Assembly: GCA_963786935.1 (NCBI GenBank)
Contig: CAWBAN010000002.1
Span: forward strand, 160,001 to 224,000
Source: an uncultured bacterium
GTDB taxonomy: Bacteria > Krumholzibacteriota > Krumholzibacteriia > Krumholzibacteriales > Krumholzibacteriaceae
DNA length: 64,000 bases
Direction of reading: 5' to 3'
In this document: one piece after another, positions 45,272 through 55,121 of the stretch
Position numbering within the stretch: the first letter of the stretch is position 1
Layout of the letters: every line of letters starts with the position of its first letter
Notes under the pieces: generated by a model
The model's input: the letters and a program-made list of their open reading frames with translations, nothing else
Told to the model about the DNA's origin: nothing
Databases searched by the model: none
Made by a program: the position numbers and the translations under genes

Positions 45272-46990
45272 GTGAACAAGTCCGATAGAATCAGGGCAAT
45301 AACCAGCGCAATCGTCATTGTGCTCTCCCTCTGGTTCCTCTGGCCGACCTACCGGCTCGCCACCATGAGCAAGGAGGACCAGCAGAAGCTCGAGACCGAA
45401 AATCCGGAGAAGATCGACAAGCTTCACCAGAAGGCGCTCAAGCTCGGTCTCGACCTCAAGGGAGGCATGCACCTCACCCTCGAGGTCGACGATTCGCAGC
45501 TCAAGGAAGACGAGAAGAAGGATATCCTCGACCGGGCGCTCGAGATCGTGCGCAACCGCGTCGATCAGTTCGGCGTGAGCGAGCCGACGATCCAGAAGGA
45601 AGGCTCCAAGCGCATCATCGTGCAGCTGCCGGGGCTCACCGATCCGGATCGCGCCAAGCGGCTCCTCGGGCAGACCGCGATGCTCGAATGGCGGCTCATC
45701 CGCCAGCAGCAGGAGACCGCCGACGTGCTGAGGAAGCTCGACGAGACCTTCCGGCGCGTCGCCGGGGATTCGCTCGTCGAGATCGGCACGCCGAAGACCG
45801 ACACGCTCGGCGTCGTTCCCGAGCCGTCGAAGACGCCGAAGGCCGCGCCGGCCGCGCAGCCGATGCCCGGCGAAAGCCTCTTCGCGGGGGCGAAGACCGG
45901 TGATGGCATGCCCCTCAACGTGCCCCTCGAGACGGTCGACAGGACGAAGCCGTTCACCTCGCTCCTCGTGAGCTTCTATCGCGACTGGGTCATCGTGGCG
46001 GAGGACAACGTTCCCCTCGTGCGCAGGATGCTCGCCCGTCCGGAGGCCGTGGCCGCGATGCCGAAGGACAGCGAGTTCATGTGGTTCGACCAATGGATGG
46101 AGCTCCCCGAGGGGGGCAGGGGAAGGCCGCTCATGCTCGTGGCCAAGGACGAGTACGTGTCGGGCGCCAATCTCGTGAGCGCCGAGCCGCAATCGAATCC
46201 CCAGGCGCCGGGCCAGATGTCCGTGTCGTTCACGTTCAACCGCAAGGGCGCGCGCGAGCTTTCGCGCTTCACCGGCGATAACGTCGGGCGCTTCACCGCG
46301 ATCATTCTCGACGGAAAGATCAAATCGTTCCCCGTGATCAAGAGCAAGATTCCCGACGGCCGCGGCGTCATCGAAGGCACCTTCACCGACGTCGAGGCGC
46401 GCGATCTCGCGATCGTGCTGCGGGCGGGCGCGCTTCCCGCGCCGATGTTCACGAGAGAGGAGCGCACGGTCGGGCCGAGCCTCGGCTCGGATTCGATCAG
46501 GCAGGGTCTGCGCGCGGGGCTCCTCGGCGCCGGCACCGTTGTCATCTTCATGATGATCTACTATCAAATGTCCGGTGTCATCGCCACGCTTGGTCTCGCG
46601 GTGACGATGCTCGGCCTGTTCGGATTCCTCGCGTACTTCGGAGCGGCGCTGACGCTCCCGGGCATCGCGGGGCTCGTACTCACGGTCGGTATGGCCGTTG
46701 ACGCGAACGTGCTCATCTACGAGCGCATCAGGGAGGAGATCCGCCGGGAGAAGACCATCCGGGCCGCCGTCGACGCCGGCTACGACCGCGCCTTCGTCAC
46801 GATTCTCGACTCGAACCTGACGACGCTCATCACCGCGATCGCGCTCTGGCAGTTCGGAACCGGCCCGATCAAGGGCTTCGCGACGACGCTGAGCATCGGG
46901 ATTCTCACGAGCATGTTCGCGGCGTGCGTGTTCTGCCGCTTGATTTTCCATCTCTGGATTTCGCATCCCATGAAGAAGCTCAGCATTTAA
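45272..46990 (+). CDS. secD: Protein translocase subunit SecD
   Basis: LGLDLKGG, RVDQFGVSEP, VGPSLG, GMAVDANVLIYERI and KGFA motifs. Confidence 0.96.
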   Translation: MNKSDRIRAITSAIVIVLSLWFLWPTYRLATMSKEDQQKLETENPEKIDKLHQKALKLGLDLKGGMHLTLEVDDSQLKEDEKKDILDRALEIVRNRVDQFGVSEPTIQKEGSKRIIVQLPGLTDPDRAKRLLGQTAMLEWRLIRQQQETADVLRKLDETFRRVAGDSLVEIGTPKTDTLGVVPEPSKTPKAAPAAQPMPGESLFAGAKTGDGMPLNVPLETVDRTKPFTSLLVSFYRDWVIVAEDNVPLVRRMLARPEAVAAMPKDSEFMWFDQWMELPEGGRGRPLMLVAKDEYVSGANLVSAEPQSNPQAPGQMSVSFTFNRKGARELSRFTGDNVGRFTAIILDGKIKSFPVIKSKIPDGRGVIEGTFTDVEARDLAIVLRAGALPAPMFTREERTVGPSLGSDSIRQGLRAGLLGAGTVVIFMMIYYQMSGVIATLGLAVTMLGLFGFLAYFGAALTLPGIAGLVLTVGMAVDANVLIYERIREEIRREKTIRAAVDAGYDRAFVTILDSNLTTLITAIALWQFGTGPIKGFATTLSIGILTSMFAACVFCRLIFHLWISHPMKKLSI

Positions 46991-47012
46991 CGAAAGGCGC
47001 AGAGGAGCGTAC

Positions 47013-48194
47013 ATGGAATTCTTTCATAAAACGAATATCGATTTCATCGGCTTCCGCTACAAAGCCTTCATCATATCGGGCCTGATCATCGTCGCGGGGC
47101 TCGTCTCGGCGATCGCCAAGGGGGGCTACAAGCTCTCCGTCGAGTTCGAGGGGGGCACGCTCGTGCAGGTGAAGTTCGATCAGGTCGAGCCGATCGCGGA
47201 CGTCCGCGCGTCGATGGCGCGCGCCGGGTACGAGAACGCCGAGATCCAGCAGTACGGCGAGGCCGGCGACGAGTACATCATCAAGATCGGCGGGGTGGAG
47301 GAGACCCCCATCGCCTCCGAGCATCTCCTCAAGGGCCTCAACGAGGTGGCGCCGGGCCTGAAATGGACGGTGCTTTCGTCGCAGCAGCAGGCGCCGGACC
47401 TCTCCAAGAATTTCGAGGGGGCCACGCTGCTCAAGGTCGAGGCGGATTCGATCCCCGAGATCGAGGGCCTCACCGCGCGCATGAAGGAAGCCGGCTACGG
47501 CATTCTCGAGGCGACCAAGGAGACCTCGAAGCAGGCGTCCTTCAGAATCCCGCTCCTCGGCGCGGAATCGAAGGTCGCCGACGCCCTCAAGGCGGAGCTC
47601 GCGAAGGATTTCCCCGATCGGGCGATCGAGATCCGCCGGACCGAAACGATCGGACCCAAGGTCGGCAAGGAGCTTCAGAGCAAGGCGTGGGCCGCCATCA
47701 TCGTGTCCCTCTTCGGTATCCTCGTGTACGTCTCGTGGCGGTTCGAGCTCAAGTTCGCCGTGGGCGCGGTGCTCTCGCTCGCCCATGACGTTCTCGTCAC
47801 GGTCGGCCTCTTTTCGATATTCAACCGCGAGATTTCCCTCTTCGTCGTCGCGGCGCTGCTGACGATCGTCGGGTACTCGATCAACGATACGATCGTGGTG
47901 TACGACCGGATCCGCGAGAACTTCGGGCTCCGGCGGCGCGAGAGCTACGAGGGGATGATCAACGTCTCCATCAACGAGACGCTGAGCCGAACGATCATCA
48001 CCGTGCTGACCGTCTTCATCGTGACGATGTTCCTCCTCTTCATGGGCGGCGAGTTCGTCCGCGATTTCGCGCTCGCGATGACGATCGGCCTCGTCACGGG
48101 AACGTACTCGTCCATCTACGTGGCGAGCGCGATCGTGGTCGAATGGCAGAACCGGATCACCAATCGCAAGAAAGCGGCGCGGGCGGCCGCCTGA
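47013..48194 (+). CDS. secF: Protein translocase subunit SecF with an enlarged periplasmic region
   Basis: EFEGGT, IGPKVG, AHDV, GYSINDTIVVYDRIREN, TLSRT and GTYSSIY motifs. Confidence 0.95.
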   Translation: MEFFHKTNIDFIGFRYKAFIISGLIIVAGLVSAIAKGGYKLSVEFEGGTLVQVKFDQVEPIADVRASMARAGYENAEIQQYGEAGDEYIIKIGGVEETPIASEHLLKGLNEVAPGLKWTVLSSQQQAPDLSKNFEGATLLKVEADSIPEIEGLTARMKEAGYGILEATKETSKQASFRIPLLGAESKVADALKAELAKDFPDRAIEIRRTETIGPKVGKELQSKAWAAIIVSLFGILVYVSWRFELKFAVGAVLSLAHDVLVTVGLFSIFNREISLFVVAALLTIVGYSINDTIVVYDRIRENFGLRRRESYEGMINVSINETLSRTIITVLTVFIVTMFLLFMGGEFVRDFALAMTIGLVTGTYSSIYVASAIVVEWQNRITNRKKAARAAA

Positions 48195-48201
48195 TACGGC
48201 G

Positions 48202-48708
48202 ATGCTGGAGCATGCCGGACTCGTCATCCTGTACGCGGCCCTCTTCTCCCTGAACGTCCTCGGACTGGCGGGCGTGCCGGGCAATTGGATATCGCTCGGC
48301 GCGATCGCCGTGTACGCAGCCGCGACGCGGTTCTCGTCCGTCGGATGGAAGACCCTCCTCGTCATGGCCGGGATCACCGCAATAGGAGAGATCGCGGAAT
48401 CGCTCATCGGCACCGTGTACGTCGCCCGCAAGGGCGCGACGAAGTGGGGGGTGCTCGGAGCGTTCGTCGGGGGAATCGCCGGCGCGATTTTCGGGACCGC
48501 GATCGTACCGGTCGTGGGGAGCATCCTGTTCGGGTTCGCCGGCGCGTTCGCCGGCGCGGTCGCGAGCGAGTACATCTTTTACCGGTCTCTGGACCGGGCG
48601 CTCCGGACCGGTTTTTTCGCGTTCGTCGGCAAGCTGATCGCGATGCTCGTCAAATTCGCCCTCGCCGCCGTGGTGCTGGCGCTATTCATATACAGAACAT
48701 GGCCTTGA
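48202..48708 (+). CDS. DUF456-family membrane protein
   Basis: VPGNWI, Gly-rich TM segments, GAFAGAVASE. Confidence 0.75.
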   Translation: MLEHAGLVILYAALFSLNVLGLAGVPGNWISLGAIAVYAAATRFSSVGWKTLLVMAGITAIGEIAESLIGTVYVARKGATKWGVLGAFVGGIAGAIFGTAIVPVVGSILFGFAGAFAGAVASEYIFYRSLDRALRTGFFAFVGKLIAMLVKFALAAVVLALFIYRTWP

Positions 48709-48716
48709 GCCCAAAA

Positions 48717-48820
48717 CGTCCACTTTTGTGGACGCCATTCTCAAAAAGTGGACACTCCGCCCCCCCGCATATATGGCTAATTCGTTTGTTTTCAATAAAA
48801 TAAAATGGCACAGGCTATGC
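48717..48820 (+). promoter_or_regulatory. sigma54 (-24/-12) promoter with two upstream activator-like sites
   Basis: TGGCACAGGCTATGC (GG-N10-GC) at 48806-48820. Palindrome CGTCCAC-TTTT-GTGGACG at 48717-48734 and a degenerate copy at 48738-48754. AT-rich linker between them. Confidence 0.65.
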
Positions 48821-48899
48821 GTTAAAATGAATAGGCTGAGAATGCCCTGAGGGTGGATTGCGCCCCGGTCGAGCCGTCGGGGCTAAGGAAGCGTGGACC

Positions 48900-49406
48900 A
48901 TGTCGATCGCGCGAATCGGCGGTATTTCAATCTCGCTCATCGCCGCGCTCCTCGTGGCGATCTCGCCGGCCTCCGCGCAGCAGAAGCGAAAGCTGGAGGA
49001 GCCGAAGGGCCATTCCGTGCCGGCCGCCGAGATCGACGATGCGCCGCTCATCGTTTTCAGGAATATCGAGAAGGCATGGCAGGCCGAGAACGCGCAGGCG
49101 CTCTCGGATCTTCTGAGCGAGTCGCGCGTCTTCATGGAGATTCGCGGCATCGACCGCCGGGGCGGGTATTTCACGAAGCCGCAGATGCTCTACATCTTCA
49201 AGGACATGTTCGGGAACACGACGCAGACCATGTTCACGTTCGTGAAATATCAAAATCTCGAAAAGCAGGACAGCAAGATTTACGGGATGGCCATGAGGAG
49301 CTACAAGATCAATCAAAGCGGCGGGCTCTACAAGGATAAGGTTTATATCACCCTCGTCAGAGAAGGTTCGCGGTGGGCGGTGGCGGAGATCAAGTCCACG
49401 TGGTAG
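48900..49406 (+). CDS. Exported hypothetical protein (NTF2-like/DUF4783-like)
   Basis: TAAGGA SD; signal peptide ASA-Q; YFTKPQMLYIFKDMF. Confidence 0.65.
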   Translation: MSIARIGGISISLIAALLVAISPASAQQKRKLEEPKGHSVPAAEIDDAPLIVFRNIEKAWQAENAQALSDLLSESRVFMEIRGIDRRGGYFTKPQMLYIFKDMFGNTTQTMFTFVKYQNLEKQDSKIYGMAMRSYKINQSGGLYKDKVYITLVREGSRWAVAEIKSTW

Positions 49407-49434
49407 CGCGCGCGAATTGCGGAGCCTTTGAGCC

Positions 49435-52400
49435 GTGCTTCAGGACAAAGAACAGAGAATATTCCAAAGCGTCCTCTGGGCGTTTCTTCTCGGATCGCTG
49501 ATATTCCTCGTCGCGCGCCTGTCGCTCGGCAGGCTGACGCTCCCCGCGACCGTCTGGTACATGCTCCTCTTCCTCGACGTCGGATTCATCGTATTCATCT
49601 TCGTCCCCCATGCGGGCAGCGGCGTGCCCGGCGTGCCGGGAAGGCACGAAGAGACGGTCGAGAAGCACCGGTGGTATCCGCGCCACCTGGCCGAGGTCAT
49701 CGAGGGAAGAGGGGGAGAGAAACCGGCCCGGGCCGAGGGGGGCGTCTATCCTCCTTCGCGCGCGATTCCGCCGGTGCCGCTCGTCCCGCTCGTGCTCCTC
49801 GGCCTGTGTCTCGCGATGGCCTATCCCGGCGCGCCCGCGGAGAAGGCGTGGCGGGAGAAGGAGGCGGTGCGCCTCAAGAGCGTGTACGACGACGCTTCGC
49901 GCGAGCTCGCGCGGCTCGAGCGGCTCGCCGTGAGCCTCGGATCCGCGGCGTCGTCGCGCGTCGACTGGAGCGTCGTCGCGCGGGGAGACAACGCCGATCG
50001 ATCGGCCCTCATCCGGAGCGCCGATTCGCTGGCGAAATCGATCGACCTCGGCGACGTGCCCCTCCGCGAGGTGGGAATCCAGATATTCTCTCCCGCGGGG
50101 GAGCGGATCGCGTGGGGAGGCACGCCGCGGTACCTCGACGCGGAGCGTCCCGGCGCGCCCGCCGGCACGATCGTCTTCATGAGCAGGGCGCCGCTCCACA
50201 CGCTGCTCGTGTGCGAGGTGCGGGATCCGGTCCGCGGCGCCGTCGCCGTCGACATTCCGCTCGAGGTGAACTTTCTCATCAACAACCGGTTCCTGCGGAG
50301 CACGAGCCTCGGCGAGGCGCTGTCGCGCCGGTACGGTGACGAAGTGGAGTTCACGTTCGGGACGGGGGAGCGGCGGGGAATCGCCGCATGGGCCGATCCG
50401 GCGCCGACCGGCAAGGACGCGCAGATCTTCTACAGCCCGATCATCGGGATTCAGGTGGTCGGCGTGCTGCGGGCGTCGACGGGGATGCCGCTCGCGCGGC
50501 TCAAGGTGCTGGGCGATCCCTACGCGGAGATCATCCGCGAGGCCGAGGCGCGCAGGGCGCGCTGGGCGAGCCTGCTGCTCTCGATCGCGGTCATCGTCGT
50601 CGTCGTGTGGTTCTTCAGAAGCTATTTCAAACGCTCCGCGGCGGCGGGCTCGCCGCGCGGGATTCTCCTGCGCAGGATCGGAGCGCTCGCCGCCTCGCTC
50701 GCCGTCATCCGGCTGATCCTCCTCAGGCTCAACGTTCCCGGCGGGCTCGTCGGGACGCAGATATTCAGCCCCGCCGTCTTCGCAGACGCCATGCCGGGCG
50801 GCGTCATGCGCAACGCGGGAGATTTCTTCGTCTCCGCCGTCTTCATGCTCATCCTCGTGTTCGGCTCGATCAAGGCGTACCGGACGTACTACCGCGGGAT
50901 CCTCGAGCGGCCGCTCGGCGCGGGAGGGGGATTCGTCGCGGCGCGGGCCGCGGCGAAGGCCGTGATTATCTTCGGCGCGCTCGAGGGGGCCGTCGCGCTC
51001 GCCTCGAACGTGGTCTCGCGCGCGACGGTCAACGCGCTGCCCCGCCTCGTCGGGCTCGACGTGGATCTTTTCGATGCGCCGGTGCTCGCGCTCCATCTCT
51101 CGCTCCTCTTCGCCGTCTCGGCCGGTTTCATCGCGGCGCTCTTCGTCGTCCGGCTCGCGCTCGTCTGGGGAGACCGGCGGCTCTTCGAGGGGCTCGCCGC
51201 GTCGGCTGCGGCGATGGCGGGGATCGTCGCGCTGAACGCGCCGCACGGCGGCCTCGCGCTCGCGGCCGCGGGGCTGCTCGCGCTCTCGTTCAGGATCTTT
51301 CCGCTGCTCAAGAAGGAGGAGGCGGTTTCGGTCGCCTTCGCGTCGTTCTTTCTCGTGCTCGTCTCGTCGCTCGCCGTCTACGCGACGGCGAGCGAGCGCT
51401 ACACGGATCTGCGGAAAGGGTACGTGCTCGAGAAGCTGAAGGAGTTCAACAATCCCGCCGACAACTGGATGCAGGTATACCTCCCCGATATCTGCGCGGA
51501 GATCTCGAACGATCCGTCGATATCGTCGCGCGTCGTCTCGCGGGAGGAATCGGCCGCCTTCGAGATCTGGGCGCAGAGCAGCATCAGCCGGGGCGGCCTC
51601 TCGTGCGTTTTCGAGGTGTACGACGCGGACGGTACGCGCACGTCTCGGTTCGCCGTGGGGATGCCTTTCGAGATTCCCCGCCGGATCCCCGAACGCGCGC
51701 GGTTCGCGGCGGGGCCGTACGTGGAAACGGCGCGCGCCGAGACGCGGGGAGGCGCCGTGCTCTACTACGCGGGCTACGCGCCGGTATTCCACGTGCGCGG
51801 GCAGCTCCTCGGCTGGGTCGAGATCACGATTCCGTATTTCTTCGAAAATCCCGAGCTCCTCGCGCGCACGGGGCGCATGGCGCCCGAGATTCTGCATAAT
51901 TTCGATCCGGGAGGAGAGCGCCGCCGCGATATGCCCGAGAAGCTTCTCGTGGCGCGCGTGTCGGGGGACCGGGTGATCGCCTCCTCGGACAGCGGGCTGC
52001 GCGCGGGGACCGTTCCCGGGGGGCGCGAGGGGGAATGGTTCTCGATCGCCGTCGGGAAGGACGCGTACGACTGCAACACGCAGCTCGGCGCCGGTGGCGA
52101 GGGATACCTCGTCGGCTACCGGGTCTCGACCGCGCTCGAGAGCCTGCTCCAGTGGGCGACGATCGTCTCGCTCGACGTGCTCCTCACGATTCTCTCGCTC
52201 GTCGTCCTGTTCGTGCTGAAGCGCCTGCCCGTGCTCAAGGGCGTCATGCCGGACGTGTCTCCGGGGCGCGGGATCGGTTTCCGGCAGAAGGTGTTGCTCT
52301 CGTTCCTCGTCGTCTCGATCCTGCCCGTCGTGATTCTCGGATCGTTCTCGAGCCAGCTCATCACACGGCGCTACCGCGCGGAGGAAGAGAACAGGGCGCT

Positions 52401-54318
52401 CCTGCGCGCGCAGGCGGCCGCGTCCCTCATCGAGCATTCGATACGGACCGAGGCGTCGTCGCTCGCGAGCGGCCAGTACATCGGCGAGCTGCTCGCGGGA
52501 GGGGGATTGGAGGAAGCGACGGCGCAGGTCGGCATCGACACTCGTCGCTTCACGCTGATCGGCTCGGACGGCGAGGTGATTTTCGGGAGCGCCGCGGCGG
52601 GGCTCGCGCCGGAGCAGCTCGCGGGCCTGCTCGCGGGGGCCAACATCGAACGGGTCGTCGTTTCGTACGAGGCTCCGGTCCTGTACGGCGGGGTCGTCGT
52701 GCCGATCGAGCCCGGCGGGGCGCCGAGCGGCTACCTCTATTACCGGCGCGCGCTCGACGACGGATTCGTCAAGAGCGTGTCGGCCGCGCTCGGCTCCGAT
52801 ATCAACATCTACTACGACGCGCTCGTGCGGGCCTCCAGCGAGCGCGAGCTCTTCCTCGGGGGATTCCTCGATCCGCTGTGCAAGCCGTCGGCGTTCGTCG
52901 GCGTCGCGCTCGAGGGACGGGCGGCCGCCGTGATCAGGGAGACGATCGGGGATTACTCGTACTACGTGGCGAGCGCGCCGCTCGCCGCGATCGGCGGCGC
53001 CCAGAGCGCCGTGCTCTCCGTGCCCATGATGTACCTGCCCATCGTGATGCAGGAGGAGGTGCGCCGGACCTCGATGCTCGTTCTCGGCCTCCTCGCGCTC
53101 CTCTTCGCGGCGACGGTCGCGCTCGGCGTGTTCCTCGCGGGCAAGATCTTCAATCCGATCGCCGCGCTCCAGGGGGGCACGAGAAAGATCATCGAGGGGG
53201 AGCTCGAGTTCAAGCTCGAGGCGGAAGCGCCCGACGAGATCGGCGAGCTCGTCCAATCGTTCAACACGATGACGGGGGCGCTGCGCGAGGCCCGGCGCGG
53301 GCTCCTCGAGCGCCAGCGGTACCTCGCCGCGGTGCTCGACAACATCGCGACGGGAGTGCTCGCGACCGGCCGGGACGGCGACGTCATCACGCTGAACCCG
53401 TCGGGCGAGCGGATCCTCCGCGTGCCGGCCGTCGCCATCGTCGGCAAACGCCCCGACGAGGCGTTCGGCGGGGGGCTCGAGCCGCTCCGCGGGCTCTTCG
53501 ACGCGCCGGCCGGCGAGATCCGCGAGGTGGAGCTCTCGCTCTTCTCCGGCGATATGGCGCGCACGGTGAAGGCGGTCGTCGCGAGCCTCGTCGAGGGCGG
53601 GGAGCGGCTCGGCACCGTCGTCGTGTTCGACGACCTCACCGAGCTCATCCGCTCGAAGAAGCTCTCCGCGTGGGTCGAGATGGCGCGGCAGATCGCGCAC
53701 GAGGTCAAGAATCCCCTCACGCCGATCAAGCTTTCGACCCAGCTCATGAAGAAGGCGTACGATTCGAAGAGCGCGGACTTCGACGGCATATTCAACAGCG
53801 GCGTCGAGACGGTCATCCAGCAGACCGAGATATTGCGGCGGATCGCGACGGAGTTCTCGAGCTTCGGCAAGGCGATGCGCCTCGCGCCGGAGCCGGTGCC
53901 GCTCGACTCGTTCCTCGGCGAGGTCGTTTCGCACTATCGCGGCGCGGAGAACGTCGCGGTCAGCCTCGCCTGCGACGGTCCGATCACCGTGGCCGCCGAC
54001 CGGGAGGCGCTGCGGAAGATATTCGTCAACCTGATCGAGAACGCGATCGACGCGATGCCGGACGGCGGGGAGATCCGGGTGTCGTGCCGCCGCGACGGCA
54101 GGAACGCCGTCGTCGCGGTCGTCGACTCGGGGAAAGGGCTTTCCGCGGAGATGCAGGCGCATCTCTTCGAGCCGTATTTCTCGACGAAAACGAACGGCAT
54201 CGGGCTCGGGCTCGCGATCTGCCAGAACCTCGCCCGCGCGATGGACGGGGAGATCAAGCTTCGCAACAGGGAGGGAGCGCGGGGCGCGGAGGCGACGGTC
54301 ATGCTCCCCCTCGCGTGA
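49435..54318 (+). CDS. Very large multi-TM sensor histidine kinase (HAMP-PAS-HisKA-HATPase, NtrY-like)
   Basis: DEIGELVQSFN, MARQIAHEVKNPLTPI, NLIENA, DSGKG, FEPYFSTK and GLGL motifs. Start uncertain. Confidence 0.9.
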   Translation: MLQDKEQRIFQSVLWAFLLGSLIFLVARLSLGRLTLPATVWYMLLFLDVGFIVFIFVPHAGSGVPGVPGRHEETVEKHRWYPRHLAEVIEGRGGEKPARAEGGVYPPSRAIPPVPLVPLVLLGLCLAMAYPGAPAEKAWREKEAVRLKSVYDDASRELARLERLAVSLGSAASSRVDWSVVARGDNADRSALIRSADSLAKSIDLGDVPLREVGIQIFSPAGERIAWGGTPRYLDAERPGAPAGTIVFMSRAPLHTLLVCEVRDPVRGAVAVDIPLEVNFLINNRFLRSTSLGEALSRRYGDEVEFTFGTGERRGIAAWADPAPTGKDAQIFYSPIIGIQVVGVLRASTGMPLARLKVLGDPYAEIIREAEARRARWASLLLSIAVIVVVVWFFRSYFKRSAAAGSPRGILLRRIGALAASLAVIRLILLRLNVPGGLVGTQIFSPAVFADAMPGGVMRNAGDFFVSAVFMLILVFGSIKAYRTYYRGILERPLGAGGGFVAARAAAKAVIIFGALEGAVALASNVVSRATVNALPRLVGLDVDLFDAPVLALHLSLLFAVSAGFIAALFVVRLALVWGDRRLFEGLAASAAAMAGIVALNAPHGGLALAAAGLLALSFRIFPLLKKEEAVSVAFASFFLVLVSSLAVYATASERYTDLRKGYVLEKLKEFNNPADNWMQVYLPDICAEISNDPSISSRVVSREESAAFEIWAQSSISRGGLSCVFEVYDADGTRTSRFAVGMPFEIPRRIPERARFAAGPYVETARAETRGGAVLYYAGYAPVFHVRGQLLGWVEITIPYFFENPELLARTGRMAPEILHNFDPGGERRRDMPEKLLVARVSGDRVIASSDSGLRAGTVPGGREGEWFSIAVGKDAYDCNTQLGAGGEGYLVGYRVSTALESLLQWATIVSLDVLLTILSLVVLFVLKRLPVLKGVMPDVSPGRGIGFRQKVLLSFLVVSILPVVILGSFSSQLITRRYRAEEENRALLRAQAAASLIEHSIRTEASSLASGQYIGELLAGGGLEEATAQVGIDTRRFTLIGSDGEVIFGSAAAGLAPEQLAGLLAGANIERVVVSYEAPVLYGGVVVPIEPGGAPSGYLYYRRALDDGFVKSVSAALGSDINIYYDALVRASSERELFLGGFLDPLCKPSAFVGVALEGRAAAVIRETIGDYSYYVASAPLAAIGGAQSAVLSVPMMYLPIVMQEEVRRTSMLVLGLLALLFAATVALGVFLAGKIFNPIAALQGGTRKIIEGELEFKLEAEAPDEIGELVQSFNTMTGALREARRGLLERQRYLAAVLDNIATGVLATGRDGDVITLNPSGERILRVPAVAIVGKRPDEAFGGGLEPLRGLFDAPAGEIREVELSLFSGDMARTVKAVVASLVEGGERLGTVVVFDDLTELIRSKKLSAWVEMARQIAHEVKNPLTPIKLSTQLMKKAYDSKSADFDGIFNSGVETVIQQTEILRRIATEFSSFGKAMRLAPEPVPLDSFLGEVVSHYRGAENVAVSLACDGPITVAADREALRKIFVNLIENAIDAMPDGGEIRVSCRRDGRNAVVAVVDSGKGLSAEMQAHLFEPYFSTKTNGIGLGLAICQNLARAMDGEIKLRNREGARGAEATVMLPLA

Positions 54319-54323
54319 GCACC

Positions 54324-55100
54324 ATGAGAGCGCACGGGAATGAAACCGCGCGGGTCCTGTCCCGCCTCGCATCCGCCATCGCCTGCTTCTCGATGCTCGC
54401 TGCGCTGATGTTCGCGGGAGTGGCGAGAGCGCAGGACGTCATGCCGCCGGGGGGCTACAAGCCCGTTGATCCGGGGGAGGCCGAGCGCGAGCGGCTCGTC
54501 GACATGTCGCGCGCGCACATCGCGCGGATCCGCTACGGCGGAGGCGGCGACTGGTACGCCGATCCTTCGTCCATTCCGAATCTGCTGCGCGAGTTCGAGG
54601 CGCGCACGGGAATCCCGTCCGCGCGATCCGAGATGGTCGTGGAGCTCGGCGATCGGGGGCTCTTCGCTCATCCGTTCCTCTACATGACGGGGCACGGGAA
54701 CGTGAGCCTCACGCGCGAGGAAATCGATAAGCTGCGCGCGCACCTGCTCGCCGGGGGCTTTCTCTGGGCGGACGACTGCTACGGCATGGACGCTTCGTTC
54801 CGGAAGACGGCGCGCGAGATATTTCCGGAGCGGGAGCTCGCGTTGCTGCCGCTCGACCATCCGATCTATCGCGGCTTCTACACCCTCGAGGGGCCGCCGA
54901 AAATTCACGAGCACGACGGGAAGCAGCCGCAGGGTTACGCCGTTCTCGACGGCGCGCGGGTCATGATCTTCTACACGTACGAGAGCGATATCGGGGACGG
55001 CCTCGAGGAAGCCGACGTGCACGACGATCCGCCGGAGAAGCGCGAGCAGGCGATCCGGATGGGCGTCAACATACTCTATTACGCGCTTACGAGAGATTGA
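54324..55100 (+). CDS. DUF4159-domain protein
   Basis: YGGGGDWY, PFLYMTGHG, GGFLWADD, PKIHEHD and MGVNI motifs. Confidence 0.85.
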   Translation: MRAHGNETARVLSRLASAIACFSMLAALMFAGVARAQDVMPPGGYKPVDPGEAERERLVDMSRAHIARIRYGGGGDWYADPSSIPNLLREFEARTGIPSARSEMVVELGDRGLFAHPFLYMTGHGNVSLTREEIDKLRAHLLAGGFLWADDCYGMDASFRKTAREIFPERELALLPLDHPIYRGFYTLEGPPKIHEHDGKQPQGYAVLDGARVMIFYTYESDIGDGLEEADVHDDPPEKREQAIRMGVNILYYALTRD

Positions 55101-55121
55101 GCGCGGCACGGGGAGCAGGAG

